Positions 20,103 through 28,731 of a stretch of DNA of 64,000 nt are shown here, piece after piece (the stretch's first letter is position 1; each line of letters opens with the position of its first letter). The DNA lies in NCBI GenBank assembly GCA_947632065.1, contig CANRNO010000001.1, positions 5,803 to 69,802 on the forward strand, given 5' to 3'. This stretch comes from an uncultured Bacilli bacterium (GTDB taxonomy: Bacteria; Bacillota_I; Bacilli_A; RF39; UBA660). The notes below the pieces were generated by a model. That model ran no database searches. It saw nothing but the letters and a program-made list of their open reading frames with translations, and was not told the origin of the DNA. Made by a program: the position numbers and the translations under genes.

Positions 20103-20771
20103 ATGGGAGAAAAAATACAAAAAATGAAATGGGATTTACATTCTCTTAAATGGAAATATTCATTAATATGGGGTTTTTCTAATAATAGTGTTAAACTTTA
20201 TGATGATGAATTGATAGAAAAACTTAGAGATGTTTATTATGGAGATTTTCCTGCTTCTATTATATTGCTTTCAAATTTTCTTTCTAATGGTCATTGTTAC
20301 AAAAGAGCATTACTTTTAGCATCCGCCTTATTAGATACAGATGATGATATTAAATTAGTTTATGCAAGTATCAATAGTATTAAACTTAATCCTACTATGA
20401 AAGATTTTAGTTCTGATCATTGTTTTGTTTTAAGAACTACTAAAGATAATAAACAATTAGTATATGATACTTCTAATGGATTAGTTTATGATAAAAAAAT
20501 ATACTGGAAAATAGAAAAACCTAAAGTTAGAAAAGTAAATGATAAAGATAGTATTAAAAAATTTCTTGAAGAAAATAAAAATAATGAAATTGTTAAGGGA
20601 GATCCTTTTATAAAGTCTATTACTTTACCTATGATAGAGAATACTTATGGTAATGTTAATGAAGTATATTCTTTTAAAGGAATAGAACTATTACAAAGAG
20701 AAGTAGAACTTTATAAGAAAAAAATTAATTATAATAAAAAGAAAACTTTTACTAAATATAAAAAAGTGTAA
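20103..20771 (+). CDS. Hypothetical protein with a Cys...His...Asp arrangement (possible permuted-papain/transglutaminase-like peptidase)
   Basis: GHCYKRALLLA ... SDHCFVL ... YDTSNG; T-rich codon usage; no confident family assignment. Confidence 0.4.
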   Translation: MGEKIQKMKWDLHSLKWKYSLIWGFSNNSVKLYDDELIEKLRDVYYGDFPASIILLSNFLSNGHCYKRALLLASALLDTDDDIKLVYASINSIKLNPTMKDFSSDHCFVLRTTKDNKQLVYDTSNGLVYDKKIYWKIEKPKVRKVNDKDSIKKFLEENKNNEIVKGDPFIKSITLPMIENTYGNVNEVYSFKGIELLQREVELYKKKINYNKKKTFTKYKKV

Positions 20772-20844
20772 ACAATTTACACTTTTCTTTTATTAATAAA
20801 GATAAAAGTGATATAATAAAAAGGTAGAAAGGTAGGAAAATATT

Positions 20845-21870
20845 ATGAAGTGTGTCGCAATAAAAGACAAAAAATTATTAGAAGTTACAGAAATTGAAGA
20901 ACCTAAAGGGGGAAATGGTGAAGTAATAATCGATGTTAAAAAAACAGGTATCTGTGGAAGTGATATACATAACTGGGATGCAGGGTCACCTGTAGGCTTA
21001 GTAATGGGACATGAATATTGTGGAGTAGTAACAGATCCAGGAAGTCGTGAAGATTTAAAAGTAGGAGATAGAGTAACAGCACTTCCAATATCACCATGTG
21101 GACATTGTCATGCATGTACAACAGGAAATCCTCAATATTGTCCAGAAACTTGGACTTATGCAACAGGTCTTTCTTTAACTAATCCAGGAGGACTAGCACC
21201 TAAGATGGCAATAAGACCAGATATGGTTATTAAAGTTCCAGATGAAATAAGTGATGAAGAAGTAGCAATGGTAGAACCAACTGCAGTAGGACTTCATGCA
21301 GTACATTTAGCTGATATCAAAGTAGGAGAAAAAGTATTAGTTGTAGGTGGAGGAATCATTGGACTTGTAACTGCAATGTTTGCTAAAAAAGAAGGAGCAA
21401 GTTATGTAGCGCTTTCTGAGACTAATGAAAAACGTGGACAAAAAGCAGTTGAACTTGGAGTAGTTGATGAATGGTTTAATGCTCTAGATGAAAACTTTGT
21501 TAAAAACTCTACTGCTAAAACAGAAGATGGATATGATGTAGTAATAGATTGCTGTGGTAACGCTCCAGCAGTAACAAGCGCAATAATGACAGCACGCCCA
21601 GGAGGACTTGTAGTTCTTGTAGGAGTAAGTCCAGTACCAATTTCAATCCCAACAGTTGCTGCAGTAATGAAAGAAGTAAACTTACAAGGAGCAATTGCTT
21701 ATACTAAAGAAGAATTTATTACTTGTATAGAAGGAATTGCTAATAAACAAATAGATGTAATGCAATTTATGACTAAAATAGTTAGTCTAGATGAAGTACA
21801 AGATGCTTACTTAGATTTAACATCAGGAAACACTGATAACATAAAAATATTAGTTGATCCAAATATTTAA
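20845..21870 (+). CDS. Zn-dependent medium-chain alcohol/polyol dehydrogenase
   Basis: GICGSDIHNW, GHEYCGVV, the structural-Zn Cys cluster (CGHCHACTTGNPQYC) and a GGGIIGL Rossmann motif. Confidence 0.85.
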   Translation: MKCVAIKDKKLLEVTEIEEPKGGNGEVIIDVKKTGICGSDIHNWDAGSPVGLVMGHEYCGVVTDPGSREDLKVGDRVTALPISPCGHCHACTTGNPQYCPETWTYATGLSLTNPGGLAPKMAIRPDMVIKVPDEISDEEVAMVEPTAVGLHAVHLADIKVGEKVLVVGGGIIGLVTAMFAKKEGASYVALSETNEKRGQKAVELGVVDEWFNALDENFVKNSTAKTEDGYDVVIDCCGNAPAVTSAIMTARPGGLVVLVGVSPVPISIPTVAAVMKEVNLQGAIAYTKEEFITCIEGIANKQIDVMQFMTKIVSLDEVQDAYLDLTSGNTDNIKILVDPNI

Positions 21871-21956
21871 ATAAAAAAGTATTAGATTAATTTCTAATAT
21901 TTTTTTTTGTTTAAAAATTAAATTTATTTACATAATAAAAAAGAAAGGAGAAAATA

Positions 21957-22187
21957 ATGGAAGAAAACTACAGTGAAGTTCCAAATATAATTACTGGAAA
22001 AGATTTAGATTATTTATCAGATATGTTTTTATGGAACTATGAAGCTTTAAAAAAATCTGTTGAAGCATCTAATAATGTAGAAGATGATGACTTAAAAACA
22101 GTAATAGATAAAGCAAGTGACCTTTTTGATAATAATTTAAATATAATTTTAAAAACTTTAGAAGTAGGAGGTGGACAAGGTGAATAA
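21957..22187 (+). CDS. Small protein paired with the CotF-like gene (function unknown)
   Basis: 76 aa; overlaps the next gene by 17 nt (translational coupling). Confidence 0.4.
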   Translation: MEENYSEVPNIITGKDLDYLSDMFLWNYEALKKSVEASNNVEDDDLKTVIDKASDLFDNNLNIILKTLEVGGGQGE

Positions 22188-22410
22188 TCAAATTTCTAAT
22201 CCAAAAGTAGAAGTAGAAAAAGGAATAGATTTAAATGATAAAGATTATATTACTTGTGTATTAACCTCTTTAAAAGAACTTGAAAAGAATTATGCAATTG
22301 CATTAACAGAAGCATCTAATGAAGAACTATTTCAAAAATATTTTAACATTTTTGAAAATATTTCTAGACTTCAAAGAGAAGTATATGAAGTTATGTTTAA
22401 GAAAGGTTAG
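22171..22410 (+). CDS. Coat-F-domain (spore coat protein F-like) protein
   Basis: TSLKELEKNYAIALTEASNEELFQKYFNIFENISRLQREVYEVM resembles the CotF motif (..SSxYxTAIxEATNPELRQ..). Confidence 0.5.
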   Translation: MDKVNNQISNPKVEVEKGIDLNDKDYITCVLTSLKELEKNYAIALTEASNEELFQKYFNIFENISRLQREVYEVMFKKG

Positions 22411-22534
22411 TATATCTTAGAACAAGCAGAACAATTAAAGATTCAAAATAAATATCAAATGCTAAATAAAGAATATCAAGATTTAAATACATAATTTTAT
22501 GTTTTTTGTGCATAGTATTAAATATAAAGGAGAG

Positions 22535-22732
22535 ATGGATATGAAAATAGCATTAAGAATTGCTTTAATCTTTACAATTGTAGGAGCAATCAACTGGGGA
22601 TTAATAGGTCTTTTTGATTTTAACCTAGTCACTCTTATTTTTGGAGAAAACAGCATGCTTACAAGATTAGTCTATATTATAGTAGGACTTTGTGGTCTTA
22701 TAAATATAGGTTTCTATTTTGAAGAAAAATAG
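22535..22732 (+). CDS. DUF378 small membrane protein
   Basis: IVGAINWGLIGLFDFNLV is the DUF378 signature; AAGGAGAG RBS. Confidence 0.6.
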   Translation: MDMKIALRIALIFTIVGAINWGLIGLFDFNLVTLIFGENSMLTRLVYIIVGLCGLINIGFYFEEK

Positions 22733-22825
22733 CCAAAATTTGGTTGTTTTTTTATGTCTATTTACAATTTTTAGTTCTTGAAAATAGGTCTTACTTATGG
22801 TATCATTTATAATAGGTGATAGAAT

Positions 22826-23623
22826 ATGGAAAAGTTAAAAGTTTCTTATAGTTTCGACTATTTAAAAGAAGTATTTAATTATATATTAGTTCCTGTATTT
22901 ATAGTGTTACTAATAGTTTTAGTTGGTCTATTTATATATTCAAGAGTAGAAAAAGATCATACTACAGACCGTTATAATTATACTATTAATTTTTGGAGTT
23001 ATTTGATGTGTATAATATTGTCTGCTGCATTATTCGCAATTGCTTTAAGTTTTGTTGTATCATTGCATTCATCCATCGCAGGAAGACAAGTAGATCAAAC
23101 TAATTTGATTTATTTAGTATATTTATCACCAATTATACCTTTTGCTTTCTTAGTTTCAACAGGAATTCATTGGATAAAAATGTTCTTATCTTATAGAGAA
23201 AGTAGAAGAGAAGATCCAGAAGAAAAAGTAGAAGAGGAAAATACAAATGATTTACCACAAGAAGAAATAAAACAAGACAATCCATTTGAAAATCTTCAAA
23301 CTCAAGAAGTAGAAAAAACAATAGATCCAATACCTGTACAAACTTTAAGTGCAGAAGAAGAACAAGAAGAAATAGAAAATCCTATTGAAAATAATGAAAA
23401 CGTTGAAAATGATTCAGAAGAAAAAGTTGATTCTTTAGATAATGAAAAACCATTATCTGATGAAAAAATAGAAATACCTGAAGTTAAGCCAGAACCAACT
23501 CAAGAACCAGAGGAAAATATCCAAAACACAGAAGTTCTTGAAAGTTTAGAAGAAGAGGAAAAAGTTATCCCTGAAGAAAAAGATATAGAAGTATTAGATG
23601 TCTTAGAAGAAGGAGATAATTAA
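22826..23623 (+). CDS. Membrane protein (3 TM) with a long acidic Glu/Asp-rich C-terminal tail
   Basis: Hydropathy plus a highly acidic tail (residues 145-265); unknown family. Confidence 0.45.
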   Translation: MEKLKVSYSFDYLKEVFNYILVPVFIVLLIVLVGLFIYSRVEKDHTTDRYNYTINFWSYLMCIILSAALFAIALSFVVSLHSSIAGRQVDQTNLIYLVYLSPIIPFAFLVSTGIHWIKMFLSYRESRREDPEEKVEEENTNDLPQEEIKQDNPFENLQTQEVEKTIDPIPVQTLSAEEEQEEIENPIENNENVENDSEEKVDSLDNEKPLSDEKIEIPEVKPEPTQEPEENIQNTEVLESLEEEEKVIPEEKDIEVLDVLEEGDN

Positions 23624-23625
23624 TA

Positions 23626-24246
23626 ATGGCAAAAGCAAAAAAAGAAAAAAAGAGTAGTAATTTGTTAGTTATTTTATTAATATTAATTTTACTATTATTA
23701 ATTGTTTTACCACCAACTTTTAGAAGTTTATTTCCAAGAGAAGATGAAGAGGAAAAAATAGAAGAAACACCTAAATTAAATAATTTAACTAATTTATCTT
23801 GTCGTAAAAAAACAACAGATAATTATAATGTAACAGTAAATAACATATATCAAAATAATGATATTTCTAAAGTAACTATTAGTTATTCTCAAGTAGTAAA
23901 TGATCAAAATACAACAGAGACGCCAGATGCTAATGGAACAAGTGATACTACTACAAATACTCAGACACAGACAAATGATACAACTAGTCAAACTCAAACA
24001 AATACTGAACAACCAACAACCAATTCTCCTGTTATAGATAATGTCTTAGGAGAAATGGATGTATTAAGAACAATTGAGGCTATAACAAAAAATGAAACTG
24101 ATACAAATCATCAATTTTCAATAGTTATAAAAAATTTTGGTAATTTACCAATTCCAAACGAAATAACATTTAGATTACAAAGTTTAACTGTTCAAAAAAA
24201 ATTCTATGAGAATTTAGGATATACTTGTACAATAGTTAATACTTAA
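23626..24246 (+). CDS. Membrane-anchored Thr/Gln/Asn-rich protein of unknown function
   Basis: N-terminal TM LLVILLILILLLLIVL; low-complexity TNTQTQTNDTTSQTQTNTEQPTT region. Confidence 0.4.
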   Translation: MAKAKKEKKSSNLLVILLILILLLLIVLPPTFRSLFPREDEEEKIEETPKLNNLTNLSCRKKTTDNYNVTVNNIYQNNDISKVTISYSQVVNDQNTTETPDANGTSDTTTNTQTQTNDTTSQTQTNTEQPTTNSPVIDNVLGEMDVLRTIEAITKNETDTNHQFSIVIKNFGNLPIPNEITFRLQSLTVQKKFYENLGYTCTIVNT

Positions 24247-25058
24247 AATATAAATAATATAAATAAAGCAATGAAGAAAAGAATATTCTTTTCTTTTTTT
24301 ATTCTTTCTAAAAGATAAGATAGACTAACAGTACCTTCAAATAAAAATACTAAGGAATTTAAATAATCAAGTCTATTACTGAAACTAAAATAAGGAAGTT
24401 CTCTTAAAAGCCTAGTAGTAGGGTATAAATAAACATTCATCATCTTATCTCCTAAAACCCCACCAACAACAATAAGTTCAATAATTATAGTAAAAAAAGA
24501 AACAGTAAAATATCCTAATATACTTCTAGTATCAATAGAGTCTTCTTTAAAACCATAAAAAGCAAAAATAATAAGAAAAGGTAAAAAATTAGTAAATGAC
24601 ACATTAACAGAAGTATCTGATACAAATTCTACTAAATTATAAGGATTGATATAAAAACAAGAATTAATAATAACTATAAAGAAAACAACTATAAATATAA
24701 AAAATAATATTTCACTAATAGATTTTATTGAATCAAAACCTTTATATGTAACTATACTAATAACTATTAAAAGAGGTATTTTAATTATATATTTATTTAT
24801 ATTAGAAAAATAATTAGCACCTATAAAATTAATCATGTTATTAGTAATTAAGACTCCTAAAATTATATACACCAAACTAAGAATTATAGGAAACTTTCTA
24901 TTAGTTTTACTAATCAAAAACAAAAAAATAACTACAAATAAAAACAAAGATACCATCCACCATACTTTAGCATTCTCTACTAAATTAAAGATTGCTCTTG
25001 TCAAAAAGAATACAAGAGCAAAAAAAGAAATATCTGCTTTTTTCATAATTACCTCCAA
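24243..25058 (-). CDS. Spore germination GerAB-like membrane protein (APC-fold; shortened to 271 aa)
   Basis: Polytopic membrane protein at the 3' end of a gerA-type operon; B subunits are usually ~360 aa, so this one is truncated. Confidence 0.45.
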   Translation of the reverse strand: MEVIMKKADISFFALVFFLTRAIFNLVENAKVWWMVSLFLFVVIFLFLISKTNRKFPIILSLVYIILGVLITNNMINFIGANYFSNINKYIIKIPLLIVISIVTYKGFDSIKSISEILFFIFIVVFFIVIINSCFYINPYNLVEFVSDTSVNVSFTNFLPFLIIFAFYGFKEDSIDTRSILGYFTVSFFTIIIELIVVGGVLGDKMMNVYLYPTTRLLRELPYFSFSNRLDYLNSLVFLFEGTVSLSYLLERIKKEKNILFFIALFILFIF

Positions 25059-25615
25059 TCTATAGTTTTATATTTTTTAATATCAAAATTTTCTTTATCA
25101 TTATAAATTATTGGAATAAAAACTTTTTCCTTATTAATATAAGATTTTTTTAAATCATAAAAAGTAATAGTATTTTTACTATGATTTAGAAAAGTTTGTA
25201 AAGAAGAACTACTAAGTATTTTAGAATTATTATCATTTATAAATACTATATAAAAGTCTTCTCTTAATTCTTTAAAAGTATCTAATTTTTTTATTAGACT
25301 TTCCATATCTTTTTTTGAAACAGAATAATCTATAATTATATTTTCTAAATGTGATAAATATATATCTTTAGGAAATCTATTAAATTTTTTAAAACAATTA
25401 TCAATACTATTACAATTTATAATAGATTTACTATATTTTTTACTTATTCCATTATCAGAATTACTAGCATTAACTTCATTTAAAATAAATCTAAATTCAC
25501 TTTTACTTTTACCAATATAAATATTATTAATAATCATTAAATTATCAAGTTCCTTATATCCTAAACATCCAGTTAAGAAAAATATAAGACAAGAAATAAT
25601 TATTAGTTTTTTCAT
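25049..25615 (-). CDS. Spore germination GerAC-like lipoprotein (shortened to 188 aa)
   Basis: Lipobox FLTGCLG; sits between the A and B subunit genes; overlaps both by 4-10 nt. Confidence 0.45.
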   Translation of the reverse strand: MKKLIIISCLIFFLTGCLGYKELDNLMIINNIYIGKSKSEFRFILNEVNASNSDNGISKKYSKSIINCNSIDNCFKKFNRFPKDIYLSHLENIIIDYSVSKKDMESLIKKLDTFKELREDFYIVFINDNNSKILSSSSLQTFLNHSKNTITFYDLKKSYINKEKVFIPIIYNDKENFDIKKYKTIDWR

Positions 25616-27024
25616 TTATAACCACCTCTATGTATATTTTTAGTAAGAAGAGGATTCCTTAATTTATTTTTTTCTGTATTAGTCTTTATTAAAGCATCTT
25701 TTTGTTCATTAAAATTAAATGGGGAAAAAGGAAATAAATAAGGTTTATTAAATGTTTTTTGTGAAGTAAGTATTGAGATAATAACAATAAAACTTAAATA
25801 TATTCCATATATTCCAAGTAGAGCGGATGATAAAATTAGTAAAAATCTTAAATTTCTAATTGCATTCACTATTTCTATTTCATTAAATACAAGACCACTA
25901 ATAGCAGACAAAGCAATCACTATAATCATCATAGGAGACATTATTCCAGCACTCACCAAAGCATCTCCTAAAATAAGTCCTCCAAGTATTGATATTGCAC
26001 TACCAGTAGTAGATGACATCCTAATATCAGATTCTTTAAGTATTTCAAAAGAAATAATCATTATAATAGCTTCTAAAAATATAGGAAAAGGAGTATTAAT
26101 TTGACTAGATTTTAAATTAAGAAGCAAATTAACTGGTATAGCATCCTGATTATGAGTAATAAGAGCAATATAATAAGCAGGTAAAAATATAGAAATACAA
26201 AAAGCAATAAATCTTAAAATTCTAATAAAACTAGCATTTATAGGCTTTTGATAATAATCATCAGTAGTATGAAAAAAATCTATAAAAAACTGTGGTAAAA
26301 TTATTACTTGTGAACTCATATCAACAACTAAACAAACCTTTCCCTCTAAAAGAGCCATAGATGCTTTATCAGGTCTTTCTGTTGTAATAATAGTAGGAAA
26401 AAGACTAGAATTATTTTCTAAATTTCCTTTTAAATAAGTCGAATCAATAATACCATCAATATTAATCGTATTTAGTCGATTTTTAACATCTTTTACTAAA
26501 TTTTTATCTACTATATTATCCATATATAAAATTCCAATTTTAGTAAAAGTTAAAGTACCAATCTCTAAAGAATCTACTTTTAAGTATTCAGACTTTATCC
26601 TACGTCTTATAAGTCCTAAATTAGTATTATAATTTTCATTAAAACTATCTTTAGGTCCTCCAATAGTAACTTCCCCCTCCGCAGTATTAATCCCACGAGA
26701 AAGATCTGCTTTTAATTCAATCGCATAAATCAAATCATTACTACAAATAATAACTACAAAACCATAATTAACATAGTAAATAATCTTATCACTGTTAATA
26801 AGACTTATATTAGTATCTGGTAATATATCTTCTAGATGTTTAAAATCTTTTTTCTTTTTTATATTAATAAGACGTCTTAATACAAAGTCATTAATCATCT
26901 CTGAATCAGTTAAAACTTCATTAAATATTAAGGAAATATCTTTATTTAAAATTTTTAAGTCTTTAAAAATATAATCTTTACTAGATCCAATTCTACTCTT
27001 TATAGAGTCAACTAATTTTTTCAT
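25612..27024 (-). CDS. Spore germination protein GerAA/GerKA family (germinant receptor A subunit)
   Basis: LGLIRRRIKSE, the FPIFLEAIIMIISFEILKESDIRM region and 4-5 C-terminal TM helices: GerA family (PF03323). Confidence 0.8.
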   Translation of the reverse strand: MKKLVDSIKSRIGSSKDYIFKDLKILNKDISLIFNEVLTDSEMINDFVLRRLINIKKKKDFKHLEDILPDTNISLINSDKIIYYVNYGFVVIICSNDLIYAIELKADLSRGINTAEGEVTIGGPKDSFNENYNTNLGLIRRRIKSEYLKVDSLEIGTLTFTKIGILYMDNIVDKNLVKDVKNRLNTINIDGIIDSTYLKGNLENNSSLFPTIITTERPDKASMALLEGKVCLVVDMSSQVIILPQFFIDFFHTTDDYYQKPINASFIRILRFIAFCISIFLPAYYIALITHNQDAIPVNLLLNLKSSQINTPFPIFLEAIIMIISFEILKESDIRMSSTTGSAISILGGLILGDALVSAGIMSPMMIIVIALSAISGLVFNEIEIVNAIRNLRFLLILSSALLGIYGIYLSFIVIISILTSQKTFNKPYLFPFSPFNFNEQKDALIKTNTEKNKLRNPLLTKNIHRGGYK

Positions 27025-27091
27025 AATAACCTCCTAGTTTTAGTATGGTAAATAAAAAAATAATAATGTATAATATTTCTAGGTGATATAA

Positions 27092-28225
27092 ATGGAAGTA
27101 GTTATAGAAAAATTAGATCACTTTGGTCGTGGAATTACTTATATTAATGATAAAATTTGTTTTGTAGATTTTGCTTTACCAGAAGAAATAGTAGATATAA
27201 AAATCACAAAAGAGAAGAAAAAATATTTGGAAGGAAAAATTATAAAATTTATAAAAACAAGTGATAAAAGAGTTGAAAGTAAATGTCCATATTTTAAAGA
27301 ATGTGGAGGATGTGATTTAAGACATTTAATAAAGGAAGAACAAGAAATTTTTAAAACAGAAAAAGTAAAAGAAATATTATCTAAATTCGCAAATCTCTCA
27401 AGTAATAAAGTAAAGGATATAGTAAGTGTAAATAAAGATAATTATCGTAACAAAGTAGTATTCCATGTAAAGGATAAAAAGTTAGGTTTTTATAAAAGAA
27501 AAAGTCATGATTTAATAGAAATAGATTATTGTCTTAACTTAGATGATAGAATAAATAAGTTAATACCTGATTTAAAAAAGAAAGTAAAAAAAGATAATAC
27601 TAAAAGTATTATGGTAAGAGTATCTAACGATAATGATGATGTTATAATCAATAGAGATGATAAAGAAATAATATCAAGTATTAAAGATAAAAAATATTTA
27701 ATTACTAAAGATGACTTCTTCCAAGTAAATAAATTTTTAACAGAACACTTATATGATGAAGTAGTAAAAAATATAAAAAGACTTAACTCTAAAAAAGTAT
27801 TAGATTTATATTGTGGTACTGGAACAATTGGTATATATGTATCAGATTATGTAGATAGTGTAGTAGGAGTAGAGAAAGTATCATCTAGTATAAAGTCTGC
27901 GAATAAAAATAAAGAGTTAAACAAAATAGATAATATAAAGTTTATTGAAGGTTCATCAGAAGAAGTTTATCCTAAGTTAAAAGAAGAATTTGATACTGTA
28001 ATATGTGATCCTCCAAGAAGTGGATTAGAAAAAAGAGTAATAGATACTCTAAAAGAAATGACACCTAAAAATATAATTTATATCTCATGTGACCCAGTAA
28101 CTCTCGCAAGAGATTTAAAAATATTAAAAGAAATATATGACATAGAAGAAATCACACCATTTGATATGTTTGAAAATACTTATCATGTTGAATGTATATG
28201 TTTATTAAAATTAAAGAATAAGTAA
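27092..28225 (+). CDS. TRAM-domain 23S rRNA (uracil-C5)-methyltransferase (RlmD/RumA family)
   Basis: N-terminal TRAM domain, a 4-Cys cluster (CPYFKECGGCDLRH), SAM-MTase motifs (DLYCGTG, CDPPRSG) and a catalytic Cys near the C-terminus. Confidence 0.8.
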   Translation: MEVVIEKLDHFGRGITYINDKICFVDFALPEEIVDIKITKEKKKYLEGKIIKFIKTSDKRVESKCPYFKECGGCDLRHLIKEEQEIFKTEKVKEILSKFANLSSNKVKDIVSVNKDNYRNKVVFHVKDKKLGFYKRKSHDLIEIDYCLNLDDRINKLIPDLKKKVKKDNTKSIMVRVSNDNDDVIINRDDKEIISSIKDKKYLITKDDFFQVNKFLTEHLYDEVVKNIKRLNSKKVLDLYCGTGTIGIYVSDYVDSVVGVEKVSSSIKSANKNKELNKIDNIKFIEGSSEEVYPKLKEEFDTVICDPPRSGLEKRVIDTLKEMTPKNIIYISCDPVTLARDLKILKEIYDIEEITPFDMFENTYHVECICLLKLKNK

Positions 28226-28274
28226 TAAATTTGCTTATTTTTTTATTTTCCATTAACAAAAGAGGAATATGAAA

Positions 28275-28303
28275 ACTTGAAGTTCCACTTTGGAATTTCA
28301 AGT
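28275..28303. other. 13-bp stem / 3-nt loop hairpin (acttgaagttcca ctt tggaatttcaagt)
   Basis: Near-perfect inverted repeat with one G-U wobble; no flanking U-run on either strand. Confidence 0.4.
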
Positions 28304-28515
28304 ATAAAAAAATAATGGTGGTGTAAGAAAACTTCCATATACTTTCACAAAACTATGAGAAAATATATATCAAATAATAAGATAAAAAAAGTAGTTTTTT
28401 CGCTTTAAGTGCTATTAAAACTTTTTAAATCTCTATAATATAAGTGAGGGGAAAATATAGACAAAATTTAGCATTAAAAATAAATAAACACATATAATAA
28501 GAGTTAGGAAAGAAA

Positions 28516-28557
28516 TTGACTTTCCTAGTTTAATGTGTTATATTATTAACACATTAA
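28516..28557 (+). promoter_or_regulatory. Promoter TTGACT-17-TGtTATATT overlapped by a perfect 11-bp inverted repeat (ttaatgtgtta-N6-taacacattaa) operator
   Basis: -35 at 28516-28521 and -10 at 28539-28544; the palindrome at 28530-28557 spans the -10 and the transcription start. Confidence 0.5.
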
Positions 28558-28575
28558 TTGATGATTAACTTGGTT

Positions 28576-28674
28576 GCATTGAGAAGAATTTTATTCGAGG
28601 AACATATTAGTCAACCTAAATAATCACATCATGAATAGCATTGAGAAGAATTTTATTCGAGAAACATATTAGTC
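28576..28674 (+). repeat. Two 37-nt direct repeats (gcattgagaagaattttattcgaGgaacatattagtc, one mismatch) separated by 25 nt, in the leader of the MazF-like gene
   Basis: Copies at 28576-28612 and 28638-28674; the reading frame differs between copies, so no peptide is conserved. Confidence 0.8.
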
Positions 28675-28685
28675 TATTCGTTGTT

Positions 28686-28721
28686 AGGAAACTCTATTAT
28701 AGGGTTTCCTTTTATTGTTTT
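28686..28721 (+). terminator. Intrinsic terminator / attenuator between the repeats and the toxin start
   Basis: aggaaac-tctattatagg-gtttcct hairpin followed by tttattgtttt; GGAGG RBS and the ATG follow immediately. Confidence 0.5.
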
Positions 28722-28731
28722 GGAGGTAATT

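Noticed and set aside
24835-25065. 76-aa plus-strand ORF overlapping the gerAB-like and gerAC-like genes
   Set aside because: Lies antisense within a contiguous, translationally coupled minus-strand operon; Lys/Ile-rich, no RBS.
28576-28674. Possible mini-CRISPR array (two 37-nt repeats with a 25-nt spacer)
   Set aside because: Only two repeats, one mismatch between them, a spacer shorter than typical, no leader or cas genes anywhere in the window, and the element sits in the 5' leader of a toxin gene. Repeats of a regulatory or antitoxin RNA fit better.
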